Shown: positions 53,040 to 61,816 of the stretch, in pieces | Position numbering within the stretch: the stretch's first letter is position 1 | Layout: the number at the start of each line of letters is the position of its first letter | Source of the DNA: Cyanophyceae cyanobacterium | GTDB taxonomy: Bacteria; Cyanobacteriota; Cyanobacteriia; Cyanobacteriales; Laspinemataceae | NCBI GenBank assembly: GCA_038321985.1 | Contig: JBBQFN010000013.1 | Location: 64,001-128,000, forward strand | Length of the DNA: 64,000 nucleotides | Direction: 5' to 3' | Made by a program: the position numbers and the translations under genes | The notes under the pieces: generated by a model | What the model saw: the letters and a program-made list of their open reading frames with translations, nothing else | Told to the model about the DNA's origin: nothing | Database searches by the model: none

Positions 53040-53381
53040 TTATTCTCCCTCGCTTGCCACCTGCTGAAACACCTTTTCTGCAAAATCAGGATTTTCTCGC
53101 ATCCGCCGCAGCAGTGCAGGCATCGCTTTATAGTTTTGCTTGAGAAAATCCTCGTACCGTTGCGGAACCCGTCCGGCGAGGACGATTGACTCTTCCTCAT
53201 CCAGATCTAAGTTCCGCGCCAAGGACCGAATTACATCCTCTTTGGGAGCATAGTCTGCCCGATCGTTCTCCAGCTTGGACAAGTAGGTGAAATCTACATC
53301 CAGAAGCTTGGCAAGCTCCCTCTGGCTGTACCCCTTGTCCTTGCGTGCTTGACGAATTAGTTTACCAAAACTCTGTTCCAC
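53040..53381 (-). CDS. Xre-family HTH repressor
   Basis: FGKLIRQARKDKGYSQRELAKLLDVDFTYLSKLEN; stop lies 2 nt before the peptidase start. Confidence 0.92.
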   Translation of the reverse strand: MEQSFGKLIRQARKDKGYSQRELAKLLDVDFTYLSKLENDRADYAPKEDVIRSLARNLDLDEEESIVLAGRVPQRYEDFLKQNYKAMPALLRRMRENPDFAEKVFQQVASEGE

Positions 53382-53419
53382 GTCTTTAAATTCCCACTAC
53401 ATCTGCATTGTAGGTGACT

Positions 53420-53497
53420 TTGAAAAAAAAATCAACTTTGGGGTTGACGAAAAAATCAATACACGTTAAACTAGGTTTAGTTGAACAATGATTCAAC
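53420..53497. promoter_or_regulatory. Sigma70-type promoter overlapped by three TTGA-N8-TCAA sites
   Basis: TTGACG (53444-53449), 17-bp spacer, TAAACT (53467-53472). Sites at 53420-53435, 53444-53459 and 53481-53496; the last extends to GTTGAA-N6-TTCAAC. Confidence 0.75.
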
Positions 53498-53649
53498 AAG
53501 ACAGGCGCTAGGGGTGGAGTAGTAATTCCCAAGTTCTTCCGGCTGAGACCCTATATCTAGTCCATGTCCGGGGAAGGGAACCGAAGGGTCTGGGGCAATC
53601 CACTGCGCCATAAGGGAGGGAAACACTCAAGCAAGACAGGAGAGGAACG

Positions 53650-54009
53650 ATGCTCAAAACCTGGACTGATACTCACTATAAGCTCGAAGACGGGGATTGG
53701 CTTTATATTGCCAAGCACGAGGAACAAGGGAGTGCCTCCCTCATCTGTCCGGGTTATGCCCGAGATGGTTCAGGCTTCACGATCCATTTTACCCCAGCGC
53801 ATATCGAAATTTTACAAAATCTGCTGGCGGTGTTGCAAAGGACTCCAAACCTATCCCCGTCGGAGTCAGTTCGGGTGAGTAATGGCAATCCTTGGGTGGA
53901 ACGATCGGCCAACCCTGACGCGGCTAAAACTGAGAATCGTCATGCAGAAGAAACGGGTTACAAATATCCCACTCCCACCCCCGCAACCCCTGGCCCGGTT
54001 ATTCGTTAA
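53650..54009 (+). CDS. Hypothetical protein, first gene of the divergent operon
   Basis: GGAGAGG RBS; beta-rich N-terminal half and Pro-rich tail. Confidence 0.7.
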   Translation: MLKTWTDTHYKLEDGDWLYIAKHEEQGSASLICPGYARDGSGFTIHFTPAHIEILQNLLAVLQRTPNLSPSESVRVSNGNPWVERSANPDAAKTENRHAEETGYKYPTPTPATPGPVIR

Positions 54010-54103
54010 TCTAGGCGATCGCTGGTTAATTTGAGCAACCTCAATGGCAAAACATAAAACACCAACTTCAGCAGCTTCATTCAACCCTACAGGAGTAGAA
54101 ACC

Positions 54104-54790
54104 ATGTCTAAGAAAGCGACTATTTCCGTATTTGGAACTAAGCCAGAAAATGCAATTGTTGTTCCGGAATTGCCGATTTCTGCGAAAAATAATTGTCAAG
54201 CGGGAAAATGGACAATTGGGGATGAAGAATACGGGTCTAAATTAGCGATGACTATCCTGAAATTTAGCAAATTTTTCGGGAGTCTCGGCCAGACAAAAGA
54301 TACTTTATGGGGACAAATTTGGTTTGTCGCGGAAGCGGGAGAATTGCCCCATGATGTAGTGATGGTGACTTACGTCAAGGGGCGTAGTCTGAGCGATTTT
54401 AATCGTTTAGTGGCCTCGGTTCAAGCGCGAGGGGTGGAACCCGCTGAAGGGGTATTTGTGCCAGATTTTATTAAACATTCTGGACAAAAACCCGATGAAA
54501 ATGGGGTGATTAAACCCATTAATTATTATAGCCTGAAGTGGGACTGGATTGAACGGTCAAATTGGGAGATGGTGGAACAAGCGGCGATCGTCTTGTCGGA
54601 TCCCCATAATCAATCCCGAATGATTGACTTGGAAGGAACCCGAGAAATGGTGGCTTTGGATAATTTGCCTCCTTCTGAAATTTCCCGTTTAATGAATCCT
54701 CATTTGGATAGTCCAGCCCCTACGGACATGGCATTGCCTGCGGCAGTTTCTCCGGAGTTAATGCGCGAACCGGCTCTTGCTAATGGCTAA
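54104..54790 (+). CDS. Hypothetical beta-rich protein, possibly a phage/plasmid-type ssDNA-binding protein
   Basis: AGGAG RBS; aromatic-rich strands (GKWTIG, WGQIWFV, NYYSLKWDW) and a Pro-rich tail. The function is inferred only. Confidence 0.7.
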   Translation: MSKKATISVFGTKPENAIVVPELPISAKNNCQAGKWTIGDEEYGSKLAMTILKFSKFFGSLGQTKDTLWGQIWFVAEAGELPHDVVMVTYVKGRSLSDFNRLVASVQARGVEPAEGVFVPDFIKHSGQKPDENGVIKPINYYSLKWDWIERSNWEMVEQAAIVLSDPHNQSRMIDLEGTREMVALDNLPPSEISRLMNPHLDSPAPTDMALPAAVSPELMREPALANG

Positions 54791-54856
54791 TTGATGTTGA
54801 TAAAAATGGAAGAGAGGCGACTGCATCTCTTCCTTTACCTTACTGTAGATAAATTT

Positions 54857-55162
54857 ATGAAAAAAGTGGCTAAACTCACGCGCCAGTCTGTCTTGGAGAG
54901 TCAGTTGAAAGGAAATCTGGCAACCATAGAGGAGATTCGGACTGATACCTTAAATGATTTACAACTCCTCAGCGAAGACTTTCAACATCTTCACCTGGTT
55001 ATCGCCTCAGTCCAGCAAAATTATGCGGCATTGTTAACGCAAAATCGCCAAATGAGAGGGATGCTTTTACAGGTTGTTGATGAGTGTTACTGCTGGCAAG
55101 GCAACCGTTGCGATCGCTGTCGTGCCATTCTCCAGCTTCTCTCCAATCGCCAGCTAGAGTAA
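54857..55162 (+). CDS. Coiled-coil protein with C-terminal CxC-x5-CxxC motif
   Basis: Heptad Leu pattern then ECYCWQGNRCDRC. Confidence 0.72.
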   Translation: MKKVAKLTRQSVLESQLKGNLATIEEIRTDTLNDLQLLSEDFQHLHLVIASVQQNYAALLTQNRQMRGMLLQVVDECYCWQGNRCDRCRAILQLLSNRQLE

Positions 55163-55255
55163 AGGGGAAACTGGAAATTTTTCTAGGTTAGCTGCTTTGC
55201 GTTTTAATCGCGAAATTGGGGAAAATTTAATCTTTTTTTAAGGGATTTATTTCCC

Positions 55256-55283
55256 TTGACAGGGAGTAGTTTTAGAGTAAAAT
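55256..55283 (+). promoter_or_regulatory. Near-consensus sigma70 promoter for the coiled-coil gene pair
   Basis: TTGACA (55256-55261), 16-bp spacer, TAAAAT (55278-55283). Confidence 0.55.
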
Positions 55284-55441
55284 ATGGAAAATGAAATTTG
55301 CCCTGTCTTCTATTAGCTTTTGGCAAAAATTTAGCTTCACCGGATGAGCTAAGTGATTTGCTAAATGAGCTATATCCTTTCTAAAGTACCCACTCGACAA
55401 AGGTTTTCTGTATCTAAATATCCTAAATTGGAGGAAAAGTT

Positions 55442-56440
55442 ATGTCCCAAACCCTGGTTAAAGACAGTAAATCTCAAATTTTAGCCCAATTTCAAAAACT
55501 GCTGGCGAGTCGCCAAGAGACTATCTCCAAAGTCGCTACGAAAGAGGAAGAAGCGGAAAAGGAGAAAAATAAAGAACTCCTGGCAGTTGCCTCAACTTAC
55601 ACCATTGATACTATTGTCAAAGGGTTAGCGGACCTGCAACTCGATTTCGCGAGTATTATCACCCAACTGGCTGAGAAACTTAGCACAGAAACCGCTAAAC
55701 TGGACGAACTCAAACGGGCGATCGCCATTGAAACTAATCGCCTAGAAGAATTACGCCAAATTCGAGTCGTTGCCGATGCTCTTCATATTTTAACCCAAGA
55801 ACATCAAGAAAAGTTAGCCCTGCTGGATTATCAGGCGGCTTTACAACAAGAAACTATTGAAACGGACCAAACGCAAAAGCGCAAAATATGGCAAAAAGAA
55901 CAACAAGAATTTGAGAGTTTCGTTCAAGAAAAAGATGAATCTGACGCCAAAAAGCGGCAACAAGAATCGGCAGATTATGAATATGAACGGCTGCGGATTC
56001 AAGAGTTAGAAACCGATGAATATGAAGAACGGAAGCGGCAACAAGAGCGAGAGTTGAAAGAGATGGCCCGGGATAAAGAAAAGCACTGGGCTGAACGGGA
56101 AAAATATTTGAATGAACATCAGGCAGAATTTGAAGCGAATCAGCAGAAAATGGCCGGGTTTGAAGAAGAATTGAAGCAGGCTTATATTAAAGCCAAAGAA
56201 GAGGCGATCGCCGAAGTCAAGCGCGAAGCCAAAGTCAAATCTGATTTATTCGAGAAAGAGTGGGAAGGCACGAAGCAAGGGTATGATTTAACCCTGCAAT
56301 CTCTCAACAGCAACATCGATCGCCAAACCCAACAAATTGCCGATATTACCGCCCAACTACAAGCGGCGACCCGACAAGCTCAAGATTTAGCAATGCGAGC
56401 TTTTCAAACTTCCTCCAATGTGAGTTTATCCTCTAAGTAA
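55442..56440 (+). CDS. Long coiled-coil protein A
   Basis: GGAGG RBS; almost entirely Glu/Gln/Lys helical; ends QLQAATRQAQDLAMRAF. Confidence 0.85.
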   Translation: MSQTLVKDSKSQILAQFQKLLASRQETISKVATKEEEAEKEKNKELLAVASTYTIDTIVKGLADLQLDFASIITQLAEKLSTETAKLDELKRAIAIETNRLEELRQIRVVADALHILTQEHQEKLALLDYQAALQQETIETDQTQKRKIWQKEQQEFESFVQEKDESDAKKRQQESADYEYERLRIQELETDEYEERKRQQERELKEMARDKEKHWAEREKYLNEHQAEFEANQQKMAGFEEELKQAYIKAKEEAIAEVKREAKVKSDLFEKEWEGTKQGYDLTLQSLNSNIDRQTQQIADITAQLQAATRQAQDLAMRAFQTSSNVSLSSK

Positions 56441-56626
56441 GCGGATTAAATCCGGCAGAAAAGAGAGATTAAAATTATTCTATATCGGCGTCAAGGCAAG
56501 GGATTATATTCCAGGGCTTTGTCTTGGCAGATCCGTATAGAAGAAGGTTAAGTTTAACCATTGACTAGCCCAATTCTAGACTTATTTTCAAATTTCATCC
56601 ATTCAATAATTCTCGGGAGCAGTCTG

Positions 56627-57724
56627 ATGACAAAAAACATTACCTCTAAAAGCACCAAAGCCGAAGTTCTGGAAGCATTAGGGGAATTAGAAAAAGAAAA
56701 TTCCAGCCTAGAGGCTCAAGTCAAGCAATTGAGTAAAGAAAAGCAAGCAGCAGCGAAAAGTACCATTTCAACGGTCAAAGAAATTAATTCTCCCGAATCA
56801 AAACTCACCATGAATAATGCTTCAAAAGCCCAGCAGAAAGTCAACCAAACAATTGAAAGTTTACAATTATTACAATTAGGCTTTGGGGGTGCGGTCAGCG
56901 ATTTGTCCGAACGCCTGACTTCGGAAGCCTCTAAACTTCATGAACTTGAAGAAGCGGTGAATCAGGAGATACAAGAACTCCAGAATTTACACGATTTAGA
57001 AGTATCCGAAGAGACCTTAGAAAGTTTAATCCAAACCTATCAAGAACGAGCAAAAACCTTTCAATTGGAAATAACCGATCGCCAGGATACCTTAGATCAA
57101 CGAATCCAAACCTTGAAGAAAACCTGGGAGAAAGAACAAGAAACTCATCAACGTGAGATTAAAGAGCGCAATACCACCCAGGAGAAACAGTGGCAGCGGG
57201 ATGCAGAGGAATACCGCTACAACTTAGAGCGCGATCGCCACTTAGCCCAAGAAGAATACGCCCAAACCCAAAAACGGTTGTATCAAGAACTCGCCGAAAC
57301 CCGGCAAGTGCAAGAACAAGAATGGACAGAACGGGAAAAGGCGACAGCCAAACGGGAGCAAGAATATGCTGAAGCCAAAGCCAAAGTGGAGACACATCCG
57401 ACGGAACTAGAAACCACTATCAAGAATGGCAAAGATAATGGTCGGAATATCGGTCACTATCAAGCCAAAATTGCCTCAGATCTGCGGGGTAAAGAAATTG
57501 AAGGGCTTCAGCGCTCCTACCAACTGCAAATTAGCGCATTAGAAGTTAGTATTAACAATCAGGAAGAACGGAGCAAGACCCTGACTAAACAACTTGAAGC
57601 CGCACTCAAACAGGTTCAGGATTTAGCAGTTAAGGCGATCGAAGGCAGCTCAAATGCCAATTCCTTCCAAGCCCTGCGTGAAATCGCCGTCGAACAAGCC
57701 AAAAATCTGCCAAAAAGCAAATAA
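56627..57724 (+). CDS. Long coiled-coil protein B, paralog of A
   Basis: Shares LQL.F.....L.E.L..E..KL.EL..A and QL.AA..Q.QDLA..A with protein A; GGGAG RBS. Confidence 0.85.
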   Translation: MTKNITSKSTKAEVLEALGELEKENSSLEAQVKQLSKEKQAAAKSTISTVKEINSPESKLTMNNASKAQQKVNQTIESLQLLQLGFGGAVSDLSERLTSEASKLHELEEAVNQEIQELQNLHDLEVSEETLESLIQTYQERAKTFQLEITDRQDTLDQRIQTLKKTWEKEQETHQREIKERNTTQEKQWQRDAEEYRYNLERDRHLAQEEYAQTQKRLYQELAETRQVQEQEWTEREKATAKREQEYAEAKAKVETHPTELETTIKNGKDNGRNIGHYQAKIASDLRGKEIEGLQRSYQLQISALEVSINNQEERSKTLTKQLEAALKQVQDLAVKAIEGSSNANSFQALREIAVEQAKNLPKSK

Positions 57725-57746
57725 TCGCTAGTTTTAGTGTTATTTT

Positions 57747-57781
57747 AACTAGGGGCAATTCATTAATTGTCCCTAGTTTTC
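57747..57781 (+). terminator. Hairpin terminator after the coiled-coil pair
   Basis: AACTAGGGGCAATT-CATT-AATTGTCCCTAGTT followed by TTCTGTATTT. Confidence 0.65.
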
Positions 57782-57830
57782 TGTATTTAAGGCGGGTAAA
57801 TCCTCACTAAGAGTTGAAAACCGAGGCTCT

Positions 57831-59270
57831 ATGCAACGAAACAACGAGGGTTGGATTAAAATTGCTGAATACACTTCCCTGGCTGGATCAGTTGCGGGTT
57901 CGGTTGCGGCATTGGTTCTGGGAAGGCTCCATTATGCAGCAGTGATCTTATTTCTCTCCGCCTGGTTAAATTTGGTCTATCGCCATAGATTGCACTTAAT
58001 TACCCAACAACGTCTGCGCAATGCCATCACTGAAGTTGATCAAAGTATTGATGAGTTTCAGGCGACGATCGCCAATCGAGTCAGCGAATTAAGCACAGAG
58101 ATCTCCCATCTCAATGACAACCTCCTCGATAAACCTGAAAAAGAGCAGATGGAACGATTGCTCTCACCCATCCTAAACCTAGAGCAACAGTTAATGGTAT
58201 TGGATGTGGCACTGGCACGGATTGGCAGCCACCTAGAGCAGCCTCTGGAGGAATTGCGCGATACCCTGCCTGCATCAGAAACAGACTTGACAGAAAAGGA
58301 TACTGCCGAGAGTGAAGCAACCGCTAGTCGCCTCCCCCAAGAGATTGCTCAACTCTCCGAACATATTTCCCAACTCGGCGAGGCGATCGGTAAACTAGAA
58401 CCCCGACGAGAAGGCGGCGAACTTATACCCCTCCCTCCACAAGTTCCGATGGTAACCAATGTCTGGGGTTTACCTACGGCATCCAGCGAACCGAACCCCC
58501 ACCTTCCAATAATGGAGGCGTCGCCGGTTTCCCATGCCGCCACCCCCTCACCGACTGCATTACCTACCTGGGGAAATCCTTACCAACAACTGGAGTCGCA
58601 GACAGCAGCTTCACCCCAAGCCTTCCCGGAAAATCAAGCTCTGACTCTCCCAGGCGATACATCACAGACAAGGGCGATCGCCTATTCTGGGTATCCCCTT
58701 AATGCGATCGGTAGTGAAACCGCCTCCAACATCGACCTTCGAGGAGCCATTCTCATCGGTGGTAGTCTCACTCAAGCCAATTTTGCCGGAGGCGATCTTC
58801 AAGACGCGAACCTCAGTGAAGCCGACTTGCGCGGTTCAGACTTGCGCGAAGCCAACCTTGCCGGTGCCAACCTCAGTCGCGCCAACCTCGATGCAGCCGA
58901 CTTAGACGGTGCCAATTTAGCCGGCGCTGACTTGCGGGGTGTCAACCTCAGAAACACCCTATTTAGGAATGTATATCTCAGTGGCGCGAACCTCAGCGGA
59001 TCAGACTTGAGTGGATTTGATTTGAGTACAATCAATTTTAACAGCGCCACTCTCATCGAAACTAATCTAGGGGAGGCAAATTTGCAGGATGCACAATTAA
59101 TTGGTGCTAATCTCGCCGGTGCTAATCTCGCCGGTGCCAACCTAGAACGGGCTAATTTGACCCATGCCAACCTGACTAACGCCAATCTCATCGGCGCTAA
59201 TTTCGGCCAAGGGGAAAATCAAGCACAACTCAATGGCGCAATCCTCCCCGATGGCAGTATATATCAGTAA
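57831..59270 (+). CDS. Membrane-anchored coiled-coil / pentapeptide-repeat protein
   Basis: Two N-terminal hydrophobic segments, coiled coil, Pro-rich linker, C-terminal A(N/D)L repeats ending GAILPDG. Confidence 0.88.
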   Translation: MQRNNEGWIKIAEYTSLAGSVAGSVAALVLGRLHYAAVILFLSAWLNLVYRHRLHLITQQRLRNAITEVDQSIDEFQATIANRVSELSTEISHLNDNLLDKPEKEQMERLLSPILNLEQQLMVLDVALARIGSHLEQPLEELRDTLPASETDLTEKDTAESEATASRLPQEIAQLSEHISQLGEAIGKLEPRREGGELIPLPPQVPMVTNVWGLPTASSEPNPHLPIMEASPVSHAATPSPTALPTWGNPYQQLESQTAASPQAFPENQALTLPGDTSQTRAIAYSGYPLNAIGSETASNIDLRGAILIGGSLTQANFAGGDLQDANLSEADLRGSDLREANLAGANLSRANLDAADLDGANLAGADLRGVNLRNTLFRNVYLSGANLSGSDLSGFDLSTINFNSATLIETNLGEANLQDAQLIGANLAGANLAGANLERANLTHANLTNANLIGANFGQGENQAQLNGAILPDGSIYQ

Positions 59271-59555
59271 CGTTTTGTTGTTATTTAATTTAGGGTTAAA
59301 ATAAAATCCCTCCGGGGGATGCTTGGAGGGATGTACTCTAAAGATGTCAAACACTTTCAGTCTGACCTCTATTGTCCTCGATTTCTGCCTATTCCACCAG
59401 GGGGCTATCCCCCCCACCAGGCTTGACCCCCTAACGCATCGGGACAATTGCGAGTCTAACTCTACCCCCTCCCCACTCTAAAATTTCCTGCCGGTAGCGG
59501 CAAATACGACGATAAAATCTAAAGAGTCCATAGAAGCCCTCTATCGAACCGACTT

Positions 59556-60323
59556 ATGACTTACTGCCTGGGTATCCTTACCCGTTTTGGTTTAGTGATC
59601 GCTGCCGACTCGCGCACCAATGCCGGAGTTGATCATATTTCAACCTATCAAAAATTGTTTGATTTTTCCATACCCGGAGAGCGAACCATTTTACTCTGTA
59701 CATCGGGAAACCTATCCATCACCCAAGCGGCGATCGCCTCCCTAGAGAAAGATATTAAACATCAAGAAGAAACTAATCTTCACACACTCCCCAGTTTGGC
59801 CGAAGTGGCTCGTTATATTGGCAATAAAATCCGCGCCATTCAAGAACAGGACCGACCTTGGCTAGAACGCGATCGCATCGATGCTAAATGTAGTTTATTA
59901 CTAGGAGGCCAGCTTCCGGGGGAAGAACCCAATCTCTACTTAATTTACAGTCAGGGAAACTATATTCACGCCACCAAAGAAACGCCCTTTCTCCAGATAG
60001 GAGAAATTAAATATGGCAAACCCCTCTTAGACCGCACCCTAACTGCAAATACTCCCTTAGAAGCTGCGGCTAAATGTGCCTTATTGTCTATAGATTCTAC
60101 CATGAAATCTAATATTTCTGTAGGACCGCCCATTGATGTCGTTATGTATCATACTGATTCATTCATAATCCGTCATCGGTTGAGACTCCGACTCGGCGAC
60201 CCCTATCTTGCCAAAATTAGAAAATTATGGGAAACCTACGTTAAACAAGCCTTCGATGGGATGCCTGATGTAGAATGGGAATATTACGAAGATAATTTAA
60301 ACGAAGACATTCTGATTGATTAA
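59556..60323 (+). CDS. Anbu, proteasome-beta-related Ntn peptidase
   Basis: MTYC (Thr after Met), DSRTNAGVD, SGNL, QIGE.KYGKP, DSTMKSNISVG.P. Confidence 0.92.
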   Translation: MTYCLGILTRFGLVIAADSRTNAGVDHISTYQKLFDFSIPGERTILLCTSGNLSITQAAIASLEKDIKHQEETNLHTLPSLAEVARYIGNKIRAIQEQDRPWLERDRIDAKCSLLLGGQLPGEEPNLYLIYSQGNYIHATKETPFLQIGEIKYGKPLLDRTLTANTPLEAAAKCALLSIDSTMKSNISVGPPIDVVMYHTDSFIIRHRLRLRLGDPYLAKIRKLWETYVKQAFDGMPDVEWEYYEDNLNEDILID

Positions 60324-60370
60324 ATACAATTAGAACACAGAACTTTCTTAGTAACAATTTCAGTCGTTTC

Positions 60371-60488
60371 TTCCTCGTGACTCGGCTGAAGCCGGGTCAC
60401 CCCCCTTGGAGGCATAGCCTCCAGCCTCCAACCAGGCGGCAGAGCCACAGAGAGTGCATATCACGGCAGGACCCTGACATGAGAGCTA
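60371..60488 (+). repeat. Multi-hairpin REP/MITE-like element, left copy
   Basis: TTCCTCGTGACT ... GAGAGCTA with GTGACTCGGC/GCCGGGTCAC and TGGAGGC/GCCTCCA stems; direct copy at 61646-61781. Confidence 0.8.
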
Positions 60489-61550
60489 AAAGTTATTGAT
60501 GATAAAATGAGCCAATTTATCGTACTCCTGGTCCATTTTTTTCATCAGCTTAATTTGATTTGGTGCCCAGCTTCTTCTAGCCAAATTATCTCGTGTTGGT
60601 TTGGCGTTTGGAAGATACTTAATTGGAATATTTTGAACAATGCTATCAGGTGCCATTACATTTAAATCTTCAATACTTGCAACTGGTTCTTCGTCTCTAA
60701 TAAAATCCGGAACCGCAGAGTATGCTTTGATATTTCTAAGTGCTGGAATTAGTTCTTTCTGTATAGAGTTTCTAACCTTTAAAAATTGAGCTTGATCAGC
60801 TCCTGTTTTCGATTGTTCCTGTGCACCAGGCTTCTTTTTCATATCAAAACCATTAAATATCCATCCTCCAAATTTTGGCTGTCCCTTTTTACTTATTAAT
60901 TGGTCATACTTATTAGATTGCATATATCGGAATTTGCCTTGCTCCCAATCTTCTATAAATCTGGGTAAAACCTGTCCAATCAAACCAACACAATAGGCAG
61001 AAAACAAGTCGGGCGTACATGGAACTAGAAAATAATCAGAAGAATATAAAGCAGTTCTAACAAGAGAATTAAAAGAAGGAGGCAAGTCTATCAAAGCAAA
61101 ATCATACTGCTTATTTTCTTCTTTTTCTACAGCTTCAATCAAACTGTATGGCATTAAAAAACGGTATAATCCAGCCCCTCCAATTACATCAGTACCTACA
61201 TTAAGGATGTCTGAAAAGTTATTAAGCCAAAAATCACCAGGTACAATATCTAAATTTTTAGTCTCAGTATTTTTAGGCTGTGCAATGTAAGGTTTTCCTG
61301 GTGCACTTTGCTGAATATAGGGTAGAGCAAAAGCACGAATAGTTCGACCATAGGGTAGTGCTTTTGAACTCTCCAGATAGGTCGAAAATTCTTCATCCCC
61401 TAATGTAGCAATAGACAAATTACATTGAGGATCAAAATCAATCGCTAAAACTTTTTTACCTTGTTCTGCCAGTGATGTTGCTAGGTTCCAAATAGTAGTA
61501 GTTTTTCCAACACCACCTTTATTATTAAATAATGCAATGATTTTTACCAT
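60486..61550 (-). CDS. ParA/MinD-like ATPase, AT-rich
   Basis: NNKGGVGKTT deviant Walker A, DFDPQCNLS, IDLPPS, PCTPDLFS. No HIP1 site; no parB. Confidence 0.88.
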   Translation of the reverse strand: MVKIIALFNNKGGVGKTTTIWNLATSLAEQGKKVLAIDFDPQCNLSIATLGDEEFSTYLESSKALPYGRTIRAFALPYIQQSAPGKPYIAQPKNTETKNLDIVPGDFWLNNFSDILNVGTDVIGGAGLYRFLMPYSLIEAVEKEENKQYDFALIDLPPSFNSLVRTALYSSDYFLVPCTPDLFSAYCVGLIGQVLPRFIEDWEQGKFRYMQSNKYDQLISKKGQPKFGGWIFNGFDMKKKPGAQEQSKTGADQAQFLKVRNSIQKELIPALRNIKAYSAVPDFIRDEEPVASIEDLNVMAPDSIVQNIPIKYLPNAKPTRDNLARRSWAPNQIKLMKKMDQEYDKLAHFIINNF

Positions 61551-61645
61551 TATTTTTTCTCTACCTAAATTTAATAACTTGAAAGGAGCCTATTCATTAA
61601 AAAATAAATACGGGCCTATAATAGTTTACCCTATAAGGAAAATTT

Positions 61646-61781
61646 TTCCTCGTGACTTGGCTCTGCCGAGTCACGACGAGCCAAGATTCATGGGGACTGG
61701 AGGCTCTGCCTCCAGTCCCCGAGCAGGCGCTTAAGCCGCAGAGAGTGAGTGTCACGACTTCACCTTTCCTCACGAGAGCTA
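61646..61781 (+). repeat. Multi-hairpin REP/MITE-like element, right copy
   Basis: TTCCTCGTGACT ... CACGAGAGCTA; stems CGTGACTTGGC/GCCGAGTCACG and GGGGACTGGAGGC/GCCTCCAGTCCCC. Confidence 0.8.
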
Positions 61782-61816
61782 CTCCTCTAGCTTCCCCATC
61801 CTCCTATCTTTGACCA

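Noticed and set aside
53504..53610. tRNA or attachment site (GGCGC...GCGCCA end)
   Set aside because: No T-loop (GTTCGA) or D-arm and no cloverleaf; kept only as a structured leader candidate.
53564..53878. 104-aa ORF overlapping the leader and first operon gene
   Set aside because: No RBS, and it overlaps the better supported ORF starting at 53650 in another frame.
52357..55162. Intact prophage or ICE
   Set aside because: No integrase, terminase, structural or conjugation genes, and no att repeats were visible.
60486..61550. Plasmid or chromosome partition locus
   Set aside because: No parB, parS-like array or replication gene nearby.
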